A stretch of DNA of 64,000 nucleotides from Dipteris shenzhenensis (lineage: Eukaryota). The position numbers were made by a program, and so were the translations under genes. Positions 37,881 through 50,785 of the stretch are shown one piece after another. Numbering within the stretch: position 1 is the first letter of the stretch; each line of letters opens with the position of its first letter. The notes under the pieces were generated by a model that was not told the origin of the DNA, did no database searches, and worked only from the letters and a program-made list of their open reading frames with translations. Location of the stretch: assembly GCA_047967505.1 (NCBI GenBank), contig CM106538.1. One strand, given 5' to 3'.

Positions 37881-38598
37881 AGGGGGCGGGGGGAGGCAGA
37901 GAGACTTACCTTCAAAAATCTTTCTAAATTGTTATCACTCAAAATGATAAAGAGTTTAGAAAAATAAAAGGACATACGAAAAATAATACTAAGCTCTAGT
38001 GAGGAAGCACTAATAAGGCCGGTAATAAATTCTCAAAAATCAAAGAAACTGAGTGCAACTTATAACTAGGAAGGTGACACTTATCCAATTCAGCCACTTT
38101 AGTTGTTTGAGAGTCAGACAATCCAAACACATCCTTAAGAGGGAGGAGAGTTTGATATCACCCCATGCTAGTGCTCTAAGTGGAGTTATTCTAGTAACGG
38201 TGGAGAGGTTATAGAGGAGGCTTAGATAATGTATGGGATGAGTTACCACACACCTGGCAGCAATTGCTAGAATGGTTGCTTGAGTTGAATGTTTATATCA
38301 AGGTAGTCCACCTTATCCAAGGGGATGAGCATTAACCAAGGGTGCTGGCCTGGCACTACCTGATTGGGAGGCAAGTCATGGGGAGGGGGTCTCTAGGTTT
38401 GGAATGGAGGTGTACCACATGTAACGTGTACATCAAGAAATTATTTCTTTCTCTTCAAGTTGGATTGGAACTTGGAAGGGAAATATGTGACCCCCTCAAT
38501 TGAACTTTCTATATGACCTTGGAATTTTGCCAAACCTAAGTGAGAGCCTTTCTGTTTCTACTTCTTCCTCTATTCAGTTCCCGGATCAGGTTTGTAGC

Positions 38599-39992
38599 AT
38601 GGCTTCTTCGTCGAGCAGAGATGGCTCTCCCACTTCGCGTCCTCACCTTTGCCCACCTCCCCCTCCTCAGCACGAGATTACCCACTCAGAATGGGCCGTT
38701 TCCCGCATCCTTTCCTTTACCGATCCCCGGACCGTTTGTCGACTCGCATCCGTGAGCCGAACTTTCCTTGCAGCCTCCGAATCCGATATTGTTTGGGCGA
38801 AATTTCTGTCGGAACTCTCTTGCCGTCATCTGGAATCTGAGGACGGCTCTTCGTTGCAGAATTGCTCCAAAAGACAGCTTCTATTTCGGCTGTTTCGATC
38901 CGTTCCGTTTCGCGATGGCGCTGAGGTACCTTTTTGAAATGGTTAAGGTTAGAGAGTTTGTTACAAACCGTCTTGTTCTTCTGGCCGCCTTTTGCTCTGT
39001 TTTGTTACAAACCATCTTGTTCTTCTGGCCGCCCTTTGCCTGAGGCACACGGGAAGGGAACATCAAGCTCTGACGATCGGAAGGGTTAATCTTCGGTGCG
39101 ATCTGACTCGACCGAATGAGTTTCTTACATGCTGTACCACTCTGTGCAGCGTTATTGGCTCGATCGTGCCACTGGGGCCGAGTGCTACATGTTGTCGGCA
39201 CGAGCTTTACTAATCACCTGGGGAAGTACCCCAGAATACTGGAAATGGCTTCCTCGCAAGGGCGCATGGTGAGTCGCTGGCAATTTTTTTTTGTGGACGG
39301 TCGTCGATGATAACTGAGCAGCGGCGTGATTCGTTTGTATATATGTGTGAGGCAGGTTCCCAGAGGTGGCATATTTGGCAGCTGTGTGCTGGTTCGAAAT
39401 AAGGGGCACGTTCAGCGAGGTTTTACGCCCAGGGAAGTATACACTATCGTTCCGAATGCAAATGGCGACAGAAAATTCAGAAGATATGGAGGGAGGGCAG
39501 GCGGAAAGGGCGATGCTAAGGCTGAGGATGAGAGGGAGGAGGGTGGCGATGGCGATGGCGGGGAGGAGGCCAAGTGGGTGGGAGGCAGCGCCAGTGAAGG
39601 TGATAATGCAGACATCAGAAGGAGAAGGGGTGGTGAGTGAGAGGAAGCTTTTGGAGGAGGGGTGTTTTGAGAGGAGCCAGAAGCCGGTGTTTGTAGAGGA
39701 GGAGGACGAGGACGAGGACGGAGATCTTGTGAAGTGGGTGGAGTTGGATGCGGGAGAGTTCAACGTGGAAGGTGACAACAACAATAAACAGTGTGCCAAA
39801 CACGTGGAGATTACATTTGCCATGCTTGAGATTGAACACGGGGCATGGAAGCACGGCCTCTTCTTGGATGGCGTCATTTTGAGACCCTCCTCGCCTCTCC
39901 GTCGCCCTCCTCCCCGGCTTGCACCCCCCCCCCTCGCCTCTGCTTCTTCTCCCTCTTGGCCTCGTTTCCCCATATCGGATCCAAGCCCTTAG
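38599..39992 (+). CDS. F-box protein with a PP2 (phloem protein 2/Nictaba-like) domain, 360 aa; exons 38599-38925, 39150-39268, 39356-39992
   Basis: GT-AG splicing gives an open 1083-nt CDS: F-box (ILSFTDPRTVCRLASVSRTFLAASESDIVWAKFL), then RYWLDRATGAECYMLSARALLITWGSTPEYWKW, FPEVAYLAAVCWFEIRG, WVELDAGEF and WKHGLFLDGVILRP, all typical PP2-B family motifs. Confidence 0.93.
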
Positions 39993-40165
39993 GAAGAGTT
40001 ATCAAGGCATAGTGCATAGCAAGTGATGGAAACTTGTTCTTCGGAATGAAAGCACAAGTTACAGAGGATGAATCTCCAAGCATGATGTAGAATCAACTCA
40101 TGTGAACTCTCAATGAATATCAAGGTTGTAATTCATTGCAAAGAGCAACACAGAATGGGAATAGG

Positions 40166-40220
40166 TCTCTCTCTCTCTCTCTCTCTCTCGCTCTCTCTCT
40201 CTCTGTCTCTCTCTCTCTTC
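40166..40220. repeat. (CT)n microsatellite 3' of the F-box gene
   Basis: Read directly. Confidence 0.9.
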
Positions 40221-43169
40221 TCACATCATGTAACCCCTTTACCCTCTAGTTTTCCTTTGGTAATTTAAACACTGTAGATGTAACAATGGCCAAAGAAGAG
40301 ATGGATCTCCTATTGGAAACCCTCCAAGTGTATTTTGTGGATGCTTCTTACATTGAAATGTAAAATGCTGAAATAGTTTTTCAATTTGCATGGCATGAAA
40401 GAGGAAAGAGGTGGCTTGAGGCCCCTCTTACAAGGGGATTCGTAAATAATATAAAGGAGGGATGTTTGCCACCCCCTTTGCCAAGCATGACTACTATTTC
40501 AAAGCTCGTGAAGAAGGGGAAAGAGGTTTAAACCCCAGAGTGCAATCAAGAGGACCTCAAAGACCAGGTCAAGAAAACCCCCACTCCCCCCAAGGCCCTC
40601 AAGGGTGATCTCACTCAAGTCAAGGAACACTCTACAAAGAACTCATCAAAGAAAGGATCCCACTCCACAGAGCCCCAATGCTTCCTAGCGCTAACGAAAA
40701 AGCCCCCATCCATTCCAAATGGAAGAAGCCCCAAGATGGAGCTTGTTGCTCCTCCTAGAAGTTCAACCCACCCCAAGGGGGGGTTTTGGCTGGCACTCAG
40801 GAAGGGAACCTAGGCTCATCACAGATGGTGGCAATGAAACACATGCGTGTGGAATTCGACCACGATCACAGCCATTCGAATCTACGTGCGTGTAGTCTGA
40901 AGTGGAGGCAAGAGTAAATAATGAAGTTATGTTCGCTACAGCCTACTTCGATGAAAAACCACATTGTGAATCAATGGTGTGGCTTAAAACACACACGCTG
41001 ATAGGATATCTCCCCCATTAAAGGTCTCAAACTTCACTGTTGCCCTACCCTCTTTGTAATCTTTTACCTTTCCTTTGGGTGTCAGATTCGTTTTAAATGT
41101 TTCTTGGCCCCCCCTAGAGCGATTTAAATTAGCCCTGCCACGTTTTTTTATCGAGACCGTCGATTACAGCCCCCGTTACCGTGCGGTAAGAGGATAGCTA
41201 TACCACCTGGTCTTTATCTATATCGTGCGGTGATACATATACCGCACAGTATATTACAACTATTGTGCAAGTTTTTTTTACATACCGCGCGATACTGTGA
41301 ACATGTCGTGCGGTACAATTTCTTATATGTACTATGCACCCAGCTCGTACTATTTGCATTCTCGAGAATCTAGCTTTGCTTGGAGTCTCGAAAAAAACAT
41401 GTTGAGAGTTCACGCTCAACATCATGTGATCATGTGTGCATAGCACCATCACGTGATCATATGTGCATAGCACTAACCTTATAGAGTGCTATAAAGGAAA
41501 GGGTTAGATCCCCTAACCCTAACCCTAAAAGGGTTTGTATATATTCTATTTTTTCAACTAATTCTAGTGTACAGTTAGTCATTTGTGGTGTGCTCTCTAG
41601 CTGTGCCCTCTCTCCTCATCTCCACTCTTCTCCTCTCCCCTCTTCATATTTTGTCATGGTATCAGAGCTTTCTTGTCTTCCGCTGAGACATTGAGATTCT
41701 TGAGAGTGTGAGAGAGATTGTGAGATTGAGAGTTCTCTCGAGTGATTGTGAGCATCCTTTCACTTCCATTGAGTGATAGAGAAATTTCCGTCCATCTGAG
41801 AGGAATTTCTGTCCATGAGAGATTTCCGTTAATCTCTTTCCATTTTATTCATTGTTTCATTGAGAGATTCATTGTTTGTGAGACATTTGTGAGAGTTCTT
41901 TCAGTGTGATCTTCATTTGAGAGAAAGAGATCCACTTGTATTCATCTTGAGAGAATTCAAGCGACGAGTTTCTGCTTCAAACTATGCTTTGGATGCTCAG
42001 TCGCTCCGTCAAACTTTGCTAATCTACAAAAGCTATTTTCTACAACGACTCGACATACTTAGTCTTGCTCGCCATCAACAGCCTAGCTCTTGCTTCGATC
42101 GACTACTCCAACTAGTACTTCTAAGGCTCTAAGCCTACGGCTTCCAACACTCGACAATGGCGCAACAATAGCGTCTTGCAAGGCTCCTTCAATGGCCGCT
42201 TCTAGCCTTCAAAGCAACTCTCACTAAGGCCTCACAGCCTTCGCGGACTGCGGCAGCGCCAACAACTGCCAACTAGCCCTTCAAGTCGGACCTTCATCAG
42301 ATGCTCAACAACAGCCTGCAAGGCCATCGACGACTCCCGGCTCTTCCTCGACCACCAATAGCAGCAATCGAGCCTCTGTATCGGTCACTAGCCGAAGTAG
42401 CAGTCGCCTCTAGCCTAGCGTTGCACATGCAAGCCCACGGAGCACGCCAGCCTCCACAACCACTAGCCGCTCCTACGCCAACGCCATCGTAGCTCCTTAC
42501 GAGCCTCCAACTCCGACCATCGTGCTAACAGTGTAACTTCTTCTTGCCACGAAGGGAAGCCCTCTAATAGCGACGACTACGAATTCATACTTGAGAAAGC
42601 GGCAGCCAGCCTATAAGATGGACATTTTGTAGCTGGTCGTTACTTTTTGATGCTGGAACCAGGATGCCCTCAGCCAGGCCAGACGTTGCGTTGTCTTCGG
42701 ATATGCTGTGCGTTTGTTATCCGAAATAGTCGCGTTCTATAAGATTAATGTGTCTAGTGTCGGAACCTTCCCAACGTTTGAGTAAATTCCAGAGCTACGT
42801 TCATCCTTCCTTCAGGATTTGAAAAATGAAAGAATGCTTGTTTTGGTGACTTCACCGACTGTCTCTCCAGCGCGCCAGCAACCTTTTCCGAACGTGCTCT
42901 CGGACTCAAAGCTCACGGGCTCCCTCTTCAACAGAGCTCCAACCACGCTCTCTAACGAAAACGACGATGGAATCTCTGAGATTCCGTCGACATCTCTGAG
43001 ATTCCATCCGACGTCTCCACGTAGCGACACGTGGCAAAGAGGGAGGATACCCCTTATCCTCAATCTCACCACACACTGAGGTGGGGTCAGCCAAACGACA
43101 CGTGGCAGATTAGATTTGACTTCAGTTAAATGGTACAGTCAAGTTAACCTTGGGTGAGGTGTGGTCAGC

Positions 43170-43350
43170 CAAGTGCCACGTGTCAATCCTATCTGCCACA
43201 TCATCAGCCTATCCACAATGCCACATCATCAGTGACACGTCATCAATCACGTCATCAGGCCACGTCACCAGGCCATGTCATCAGGCCACGTCATCAGGCC
43301 ACGTCATCACTGCCACGTCATCTCTGCCACATCAGTACTGCCACCTCAGC
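43170..43350. repeat. GCCACGTCA(TC) motif array in the leader of copy A
   Basis: About 12 units at 12-14 bp spacing, about 6 of them with a perfect CACGTCA. Confidence 0.85.
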
Positions 43351-44286
43351 ACTGACCCCTGCAGGGACAGTCTCTTGCCAGGCACACTATGCACACACTG
43401 CATGTGCACACTCCTGCCACCTCAGCACAGAGCTTCACTGGCACACCTCTTGCTAAGCACAGTGCCACATCATCACTGCATGTGACTCACAAGGACACAT
43501 CATCATTGAGCACCATTTGCACTCCTTTTGCCCCTCCACCTAGATCAAGTCATATCTCTTGATCCAGGAAGAATTTGAGGGTGCTCCAAAAAGGAAAGTC
43601 GCTCGGTTTTTCGTGCTCTACGCGCTCGTTACATCACGCACACATTTCGGCGCAAGTTACAGTCACATTTGAGCCTCGCCGACAAAACCACTTCCTTCAC
43701 GCACATTTGCCTCTACATCGACGCATCTGGCCCAGCACTTAAAAAGAACAAAAGAAAAGGAATTATTTGCTGCTCTTTCATCGATCGACGGTTGGTTTAG
43801 ATCGAGATCAGAGTAGACTAGATCGCCATAGAGGGGACGCTTTGAATTCCCCAAGTTGCCAATCTAAGCCATGCCCGAAATTCCCGACTAGTACCTACTC
43901 GGAGTCAGTCCATACGCTCACATCCGATTTCACATCATTACATTACCTGAAACCTTACGTTCATCAGTTCAGTGAGCAGACTTCAGAGTTCAGAGGCATT
44001 GCAGATTGATTCAGTGGGCAGATAGCACTTGATTTCACACACACATGCCATCATTGTAAAGCCTATTTGGCTATCTCACGGCATCATGCACATCATTTTT
44101 CAGCCTTGTAAAGCCTCTTGGCTATTCTCGGCATCATTGCCACAAGCCTTGTAATACAGATCAGATCTTTATACTGCAGTTCTATCTTCACCGACGGTAC
44201 AGAGATTTCACTTGGCATCTTCAGTGTATTTGCAGTTGATTCATACAGAGTTTTCCAGGACACTTTTTGAGTGCATTGTTTTCACC

Positions 44287-47200
44287 ATGTCGACTAGCAA
44301 CCTCAATCTGGAGGCATCTGCTAAGTTAGACAACTCCAATTACGGTACATGGAAATACCGAATGGAGACCATTCTTGTGCTTCAGGACAAATGGGAGTAT
44401 GTCGATGGATCTATACCTAGACCATTGGCCGATCAAGCCACCAATAGCTCTACTCCATCTGTTGTCACAGTACCAGCAACGGGATCTACATCGGGATCTA
44501 CATCTACACAAACAGTTTCCGCACCAGTAGCAGATCCTGTCATTGCCCGAGCTCAAGCAGAATGGGATAAGAAAGATAAGTATGCCTATCACCTGATCAA
44601 GCAGAACGTGCAAGATGTCATGCTAGGACAGCTCAACACAGTTAAGACATCAAAAGAAGCATGGGATATGTTCGTAGCTCTCTACGAGTCCAAGAACACA
44701 TCCAGGATTCTCACCCTGAGAAACCAGATTAACCAGAGTTTCCGCAACAGCAGTGAAACCGGTCATGCTTATGTACTCCGCATCAAAGACTACAACAATC
44801 AACTTGCAGCAGCAGGAGAGACTATGAATCCCGCAGAAATGGTTCAAGTAATCCTGAATGGACTAGGAGAGGGATATGAGAATCTAGTCCAGAGTATTGC
44901 CATCCAACGGCAAATTCCAACACTTGAAGAACTTCAGTCAGTTCTACTTGGTGAAGAACTCAAGACTCAGGCCATTCAAGCACGTAAAGGTCATTCTAAT
45001 GATCAGGCATTCACAGCTTCAGACAGAAGCAGAGGCAAAGGCAGAAACAGAGGTAGATCATATCAGAAAAGTGGTCATCATCAACAAAGTCAAAATCAGC
45101 ATCAGCATCAGCGTCATCCTCAGCAACATCAGAATCAGCAAAGAGGAAATCATTCCAACCGAGGAAGATTCCAAGGACGAGGGAATGCATCCACCAATGT
45201 GTCAAACGTTCAATGCAACTATTGTCACAAGTTTGGACACTATGAAAGAGATTGCCGCAAGAAGCAGTACGACCAAGGCGGTCAATCCAGCAGTAATCGA
45301 GGGAATTCCCGAGGAAGAGGAAATCATCGTGGTGGACATTCTAGTCACAGTCATTTTGCAAATGAACATGGCAATATGTTTCTTGCAAGTGAGGAATTGC
45401 ATCAGACTGATACAATGCACCTAGACACTGATTTCAATCCCAAAGAGGATTTCAGCTATCAAGTCGACCAAGTGGAACAGGATCCTTGGTACATCGACAG
45501 CGGTGCATCATCTCATATGACAAATCATCAGGAATGGTTCACAGAAATGAAGCCATTAGAAGGTCAAAAGAATGTCATCTACACAGCAGACAATACACCG
45601 AATCCAGTTCAAGGGACATGTGTTATCCCTATGAACAATTTCACTGGTACAAAAGGATTAGTCAAAGATGTGCTCTATGTTCCGAAGCTCAGCAAAAACC
45701 TTTTGTCAGTAGGTCAAATGACGGAACACAACTACAAAGTCATCTTCGACGGTGATGAATACACTATCAGAGACAAATCCAAAAGAGGTCAGCTAGTAGC
45801 AAAAGGTGTCAAGGAAGGACGCTTATACAGGATGCTAGCTACAGTACCAGATAAGCATGCCATGTCAGCTCAAATGCAACAGATGCCACTATCTGCAAAA
45901 TGGCACAAGAGATATGGTCATGTCAACTTCAAGTACTTGTTAGATCTAAGGAATCAGAATATGGCAATTGGGATTCCGAAGCTACAGTTTCTTGGAAAGG
46001 TTTGTGAAGCATGCTGCTTCGGCAAACAAAAGCGAACCAACTTTGTTAGAAGTACCTCTCGTGCACGAGGTATTCTTGATTTGATTCATACAGATGTATG
46101 GGGTTATGCCCAGACCCGCAGCATAAATGGTTCACTTTATTACTTGACCTTCATCGACGACTACAGCAGATATTGTTGGGTCTACTTTTTGAAAGAGAAA
46201 TCTGAAGTGTTTGCCAGATTTCAAGAATTCAAAGCCATGGTAGAAAACCAAACAGGCAGAAAGATCAAGGTCATGAGATCAGACAGAGGAGGTGAATACA
46301 TGTCTTCAGCATTCATGAACTTTTGTAAAAATCACGGCATTCGAAGACAATTCACATGTGCAGATACTCCTCAGCAAAATGCAAGAGCTAAAAGGAAGAA
46401 TGGGACTTTAGCAGACAGTGCTAGAGCAATGCTTAGTGAAAAGCATCTTCCGAATCAGTATTGGGCAGAAGTAATAGCTACAGCTAACTATTTGCTTAAT
46501 CGGCTTCCTACTAAACCGATACAAGGTATGACTCCTTATGAAGCATTCATTGGACACAAGCCACGCATTGGGCATCTCCGCATATTTGGTTGCATAGCAT
46601 ATGCCCACATACATGATGATCATCGCAGGAAATTGGATGCGAAGTCATGCAAATGCATCATGGTTGGCTATAGTGAAGAAAGCAAAGCATACAAATTGTA
46701 TGATCCCATCAACCGCAAAGTCATTATCTCCAGAGATGTAATCTTCGATGAGGAATCAGAATGGAAAACCTCACCTACACAGGAGATAGAAGCATCGACT
46801 TCATAGTCATCTACAGAACAGGTTGATGAAGAAGAGCAAGAATTGCCAGCAACACCCCAAGTAGTGCCACAGCAGCTCAGACGGTCTACTAGGGAAAGCA
46901 GACCACCAGCCAGATTAACATATGCTCAGAAAGGCAAAGCAATTCAGGTGGAAACCACCAACTATGCTCTTATGACTACCATCATGGCTACAGAAGAGCC
47001 AGTGTACTTCGAAGACGCAGTAGATAAGCCAGAATGGCAAACTGCTATGAATGAAGAAATGGATGCTTTGTATAAAAATAACACTTGGGAATTATGCGAC
47101 CTTCCACCAGGAAAGAAGGCCATAGCCAACAAATGGGTATACAAAGTGAAGTACAATCTAGATGGCAGTATTCAGAGATATAAAGCCAGATTAGTTGCAA

Positions 47201-48548
47201 AAGGATTTGCACAACAATATGGCCAAGATTATGATGAGACTTATGCTCCAGTAGCAAAGATGGATTCCATACGGTTCTTGATATCACTAGCGACACTCAG
47301 TAAATGGAATGTGTATCAGCTCGATGTCAAGAATGCATTTCTCAATGGTTATCTAGACGAGGAAGTCTACATGCAACAACCAGCCGGTTATGTTGAACCA
47401 GGAAAAGAGAACAAGGTTTGCCATCTCAAGAAAAGTCTCTATGGCTTAAAGCAAGCACCCAGAAGTTGGTACAGCAGAATTGACAAATATTTTGCTGATC
47501 TGGGATACATGAAGTCCAATGCAGATCATACTCTCTACTACAAAGTTCAAGGGGAAGATATTACTATTGCACTTTTGTATGTAGATGATCTGATTGTGAC
47601 AGGAAGCAAGGATAGCTTCATCAGAAAATTAAAACAAGACCTATCTGCAGAGTTCGACATGAAAGATCTTGGACTTATGCACTATTGTCTTGGAATTGAG
47701 TTCTGGAGAGATTCAGATAGCACATTCATGAGTCAGCTCAAATATGTTGACAGTCTCCTGAAGAAATTTCATATGGCAGATTGCAAGATTGCAGCTACTC
47801 CCATGGAACAGAGTTTGAAACTTACTAAAGATTCAGAAAAGCCTACAGTCAATGACAGATACTACAAGCAACTCATTGGATCTCTTATATATCTGACAAT
47901 CACACGGCCAGATATTTGTTATGCAGTAAGCTCACTAGCACAGTTTATGGCAAATCCAAAACAGTCTCACTGGAATGCAGCCAAAAGAGTCTTGAGATAC
48001 ATCAGAGGTACAAGATAGTTTGGGATAGAATACAGAGGAAGTCATCCACGGTTGCATGGATACTGTGACAGTGACTATGCTGGAGATCATGAGACCAGGA
48101 GATCGACACAGGGATATGCATTTTTCCTTGGTCAAGGTGCTATATCATGGTTGTCAAACAAACAGCCAACTGTTTCTTTGTCTTCGACTGAAGCAGAATA
48201 TAGAGCACTCACTACAGGTGCATGTGAGGCTATATGGCTCAGAAGACTATTGTCAGAAACAGATTACTTTGATGAGTCAAAGCCAACAACAATATACTGT
48301 GATAATCAATCGGCTCAAGCATTGGCCAAAAATCCAGTATATCACTCCAGGACAAAGCACATTGATGTCAGAGAGCATTTCATCAGAGAAAGAGTGTTAC
48401 TTGGTGACATCACATTGCAGCATTGTGATAGCAAAGAAAATGTTGCAGACATCTTTACCAAACCACTCGCGGTAAAGAGCTATTCGAGAAACACCGACTA
48501 GCTCTTGGTTTGATGCAGAGGAAGGACATTCCCATTAAAGGGGTGTGA
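44287..48548 (+). pseudogene. Gag-Pol polyprotein of copy A, with in-frame TAG at 46804 and 48016 and a 2-bp insertion at ~48469
   Basis: MSTSNLN.. start; [63 protein letters not shown]. Lesions located by comparison with copy B. Confidence 0.93.
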
Positions 48549-49671
48549 TGGAATGTAATGCTCAGTTCTTCTTCTATTCCCCAGAATCATCATCTTGAGG
48601 GAAGGCCTACTTCATGATGTTGATCTTGAGGGAAGGTGTTGAGAGTTCACGCTCAACATCATGTGATCATGTGTGCATAGCACCATCACGTGATCATATG
48701 TGCATAGCACTAACCTTATAGAGCGCTATAAAGGAAAGGGTTAGATCCCCTAACCCTAACCCTAAAAGGGTTTGTATATATTCTATTTTTTCAACTAATT
48801 CTAGTGTACAGTTAGAGTCATTTGTGGTGTGCTCTCTAGCTGTGCCCTCTCTCCTCATCTCCACTCTTCTCCTCTCCCCTCTTCATATTTTGTCAAAACA
48901 AAGGACAAGAAAAAAAATATAAAGAAAGCTTCCAAACTAATTTGTAAGTTTTTATATCCTTTTAAAAAGTGTCTACAAAATTGACAAATGCAAAGCTCTT
49001 AGTTTATGGTCTATCGTTTGTGATTCGAAAGGAAAGAATGGTTATTTTAAAAGTATATCTGAAGTTATTTCACGAAAGAAAGAAATTTGTTTTCGTAGAC
49101 ATTAGCTTTTAAAATCTAGTGAAACCTTACGGTTTTGGTATTTATAAACCTCTAAAGAAATTACTTGTTTAGTAGTTATTAGCTATATAGGTTACAAAAA
49201 AATGGTAAAAAATATAGATGGTTTTGAAAGCAAGTATCTACGTGCTAGTGGAGAGTCCGCGTATGCCGACTTGTAACTACTCGCATATGGATACATAATA
49301 TCTTTGAACCATGTGCCAGTGGGTGGTTCGTATATGCCGACCGATAACTACTCGCACATGGATGTGAAATAGTAAATGATATATTATAGTTTATGTCTAC
49401 TTATTAGGAAGATTAAAATAGTTGGCTTTTGTCAGTTGTGACTCGCATTCGCCAGCTGATAATGATCCATTGAAAGTCTAGCCAGACCTTGTGTAGCTCG
49501 CAATTTTCAGCTTGTATCAACCTGCAAATTACACGTTAGAGAACGTTACGGACTATACTAGTCTGCTTACTTGTAAGATGAAATTTGTGGCATACCATAC
49601 CATGCATTTATGTGCCGATAGTAATACTATCTTATCATAACAATTAGTCTTGATAAGTGCACATGTAGGTA

Positions 49672-50785
49672 TTGCTGGCTACTGCACTAGTGTGTGTGAA
49701 ATATTGACATTCGCATATAGAACATGATGTTGCGACTAATCATAGTGCAGATAGGTACTTACTTGAGAAAGAGTGGGACATGGGAAAATGCAACTTGCCA
49801 TCCCACGCCTATTTCCATAGGCAGATTACCACGTCTATAAACATCCACTTATGTCGGGAGGGGGCAAGATGATTGGATGGTTGCTCTCTCTTGAGGTCTA
49901 GCAAACTTATATAGTTTTTTAATAACATGTTAGTGACATTGTCTTGAATTGCTAAAAACATATTAATGAATTGAGATGGTTTCTCTCTTTTACATGGACA
50001 TCAATCATGGCGGACAGAGAAGATAGGGTAGGCCAACATCAGCCGCAAAATGAAGCTCATGGAAGAGGGCAAGGTGTTGCAAAACCGTAGAATTTTGTTA
50101 CAATGTTAGGTCGTCAAAAGTGGATATGCAACTCTTGCAACCAAGTCTTCACAGGATCGGCCTTGAGAATAAGAAAACATTTGATTGGTGATGAAGAAAA
50201 ACTAATAAAGCAATGTGAGGGACCAAGTGTCGAATCCATTGCTGGCATCCTACAAGGCATTAACCATGCAGAGAGTAGAGTTACCCGTGTACAAGCTGAA
50301 GATGTAAATGAGTGAACATTTACTATGTGGAACTATTCTAATGAAATTTGACATTGATTTGGACCATGGGAATTGTTAATCAATTAATTACTAGTTCCTT
50401 ACATATCTTATTTGAGTCCAAATATTTAAGACTACTTGTAGCGTGAACTCGGCGTGAACAAATGCTTTTAAATCTTTTGAATAATTGTGTCATATGGTTG
50501 GGATTTGAAAGTAGAGGGTGTGAGAGAAAGAACTTCCATGTGCATGTAAGTAGTGCTAGCCACTACACTAGTGTGTGTGATATACCAACTTTAGTGTACA
50601 GAGCATGATGTCGTGAAAGATCATAGTGCAGATAGATGCTTACTCAAGAAAGAGCGGGATGTGGGAAAAGGCAATTTGCCATCCCACGCCTAGGTCCATA
50701 GGCAAATTACCACGTCCATAACCATCCAATTATGTCAAGACCTAGGGCAAGACGATTGGATGGTTGCTCCATCTCAAGGTCTTGC
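49672..50785. repeat. Diverged ~230-bp direct repeat (~49672-49902 and ~50553-50785) flanking the BED-finger segment of the hAT gene
   Basis: Shared blocks CACTAGTGTGTGTGA, ATCATAGTGCAGATAG, TTGCCATCCCACGCCTA, CCATAGGCA.ATTACCACGTC and GGGCAAGA.GATTGGATGGTTGCTC. Confidence 0.8.

Larger units (their letters stand above)
41400..48895 (+). mobile_element. Full-length Ty1/copia retrotransposon, copy A; LTRs 41400-41656 and 48637-48895
   Basis: TG..CA LTRs differing by 1 substitution plus a 2-bp indel by eye; perfect TSD AAACA; PBS TGGTATCAGAGC at 41657; PPT GAGGGAAGG; gag-PR-IN-RT-RH order. Confidence 0.97.

Noticed and set aside
39185-39973. 262-aa minus-strand ORF
   Set aside because: Antisense shadow of GC-rich exon 3 of the F-box/PP2 gene.
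44212-44286. N-terminal extension of Gag from non-ATG starts (also 58304-58561)
   Set aside because: ORF-caller artefact; the first ATG in good context (ACCATGT) is at 44287/58562.
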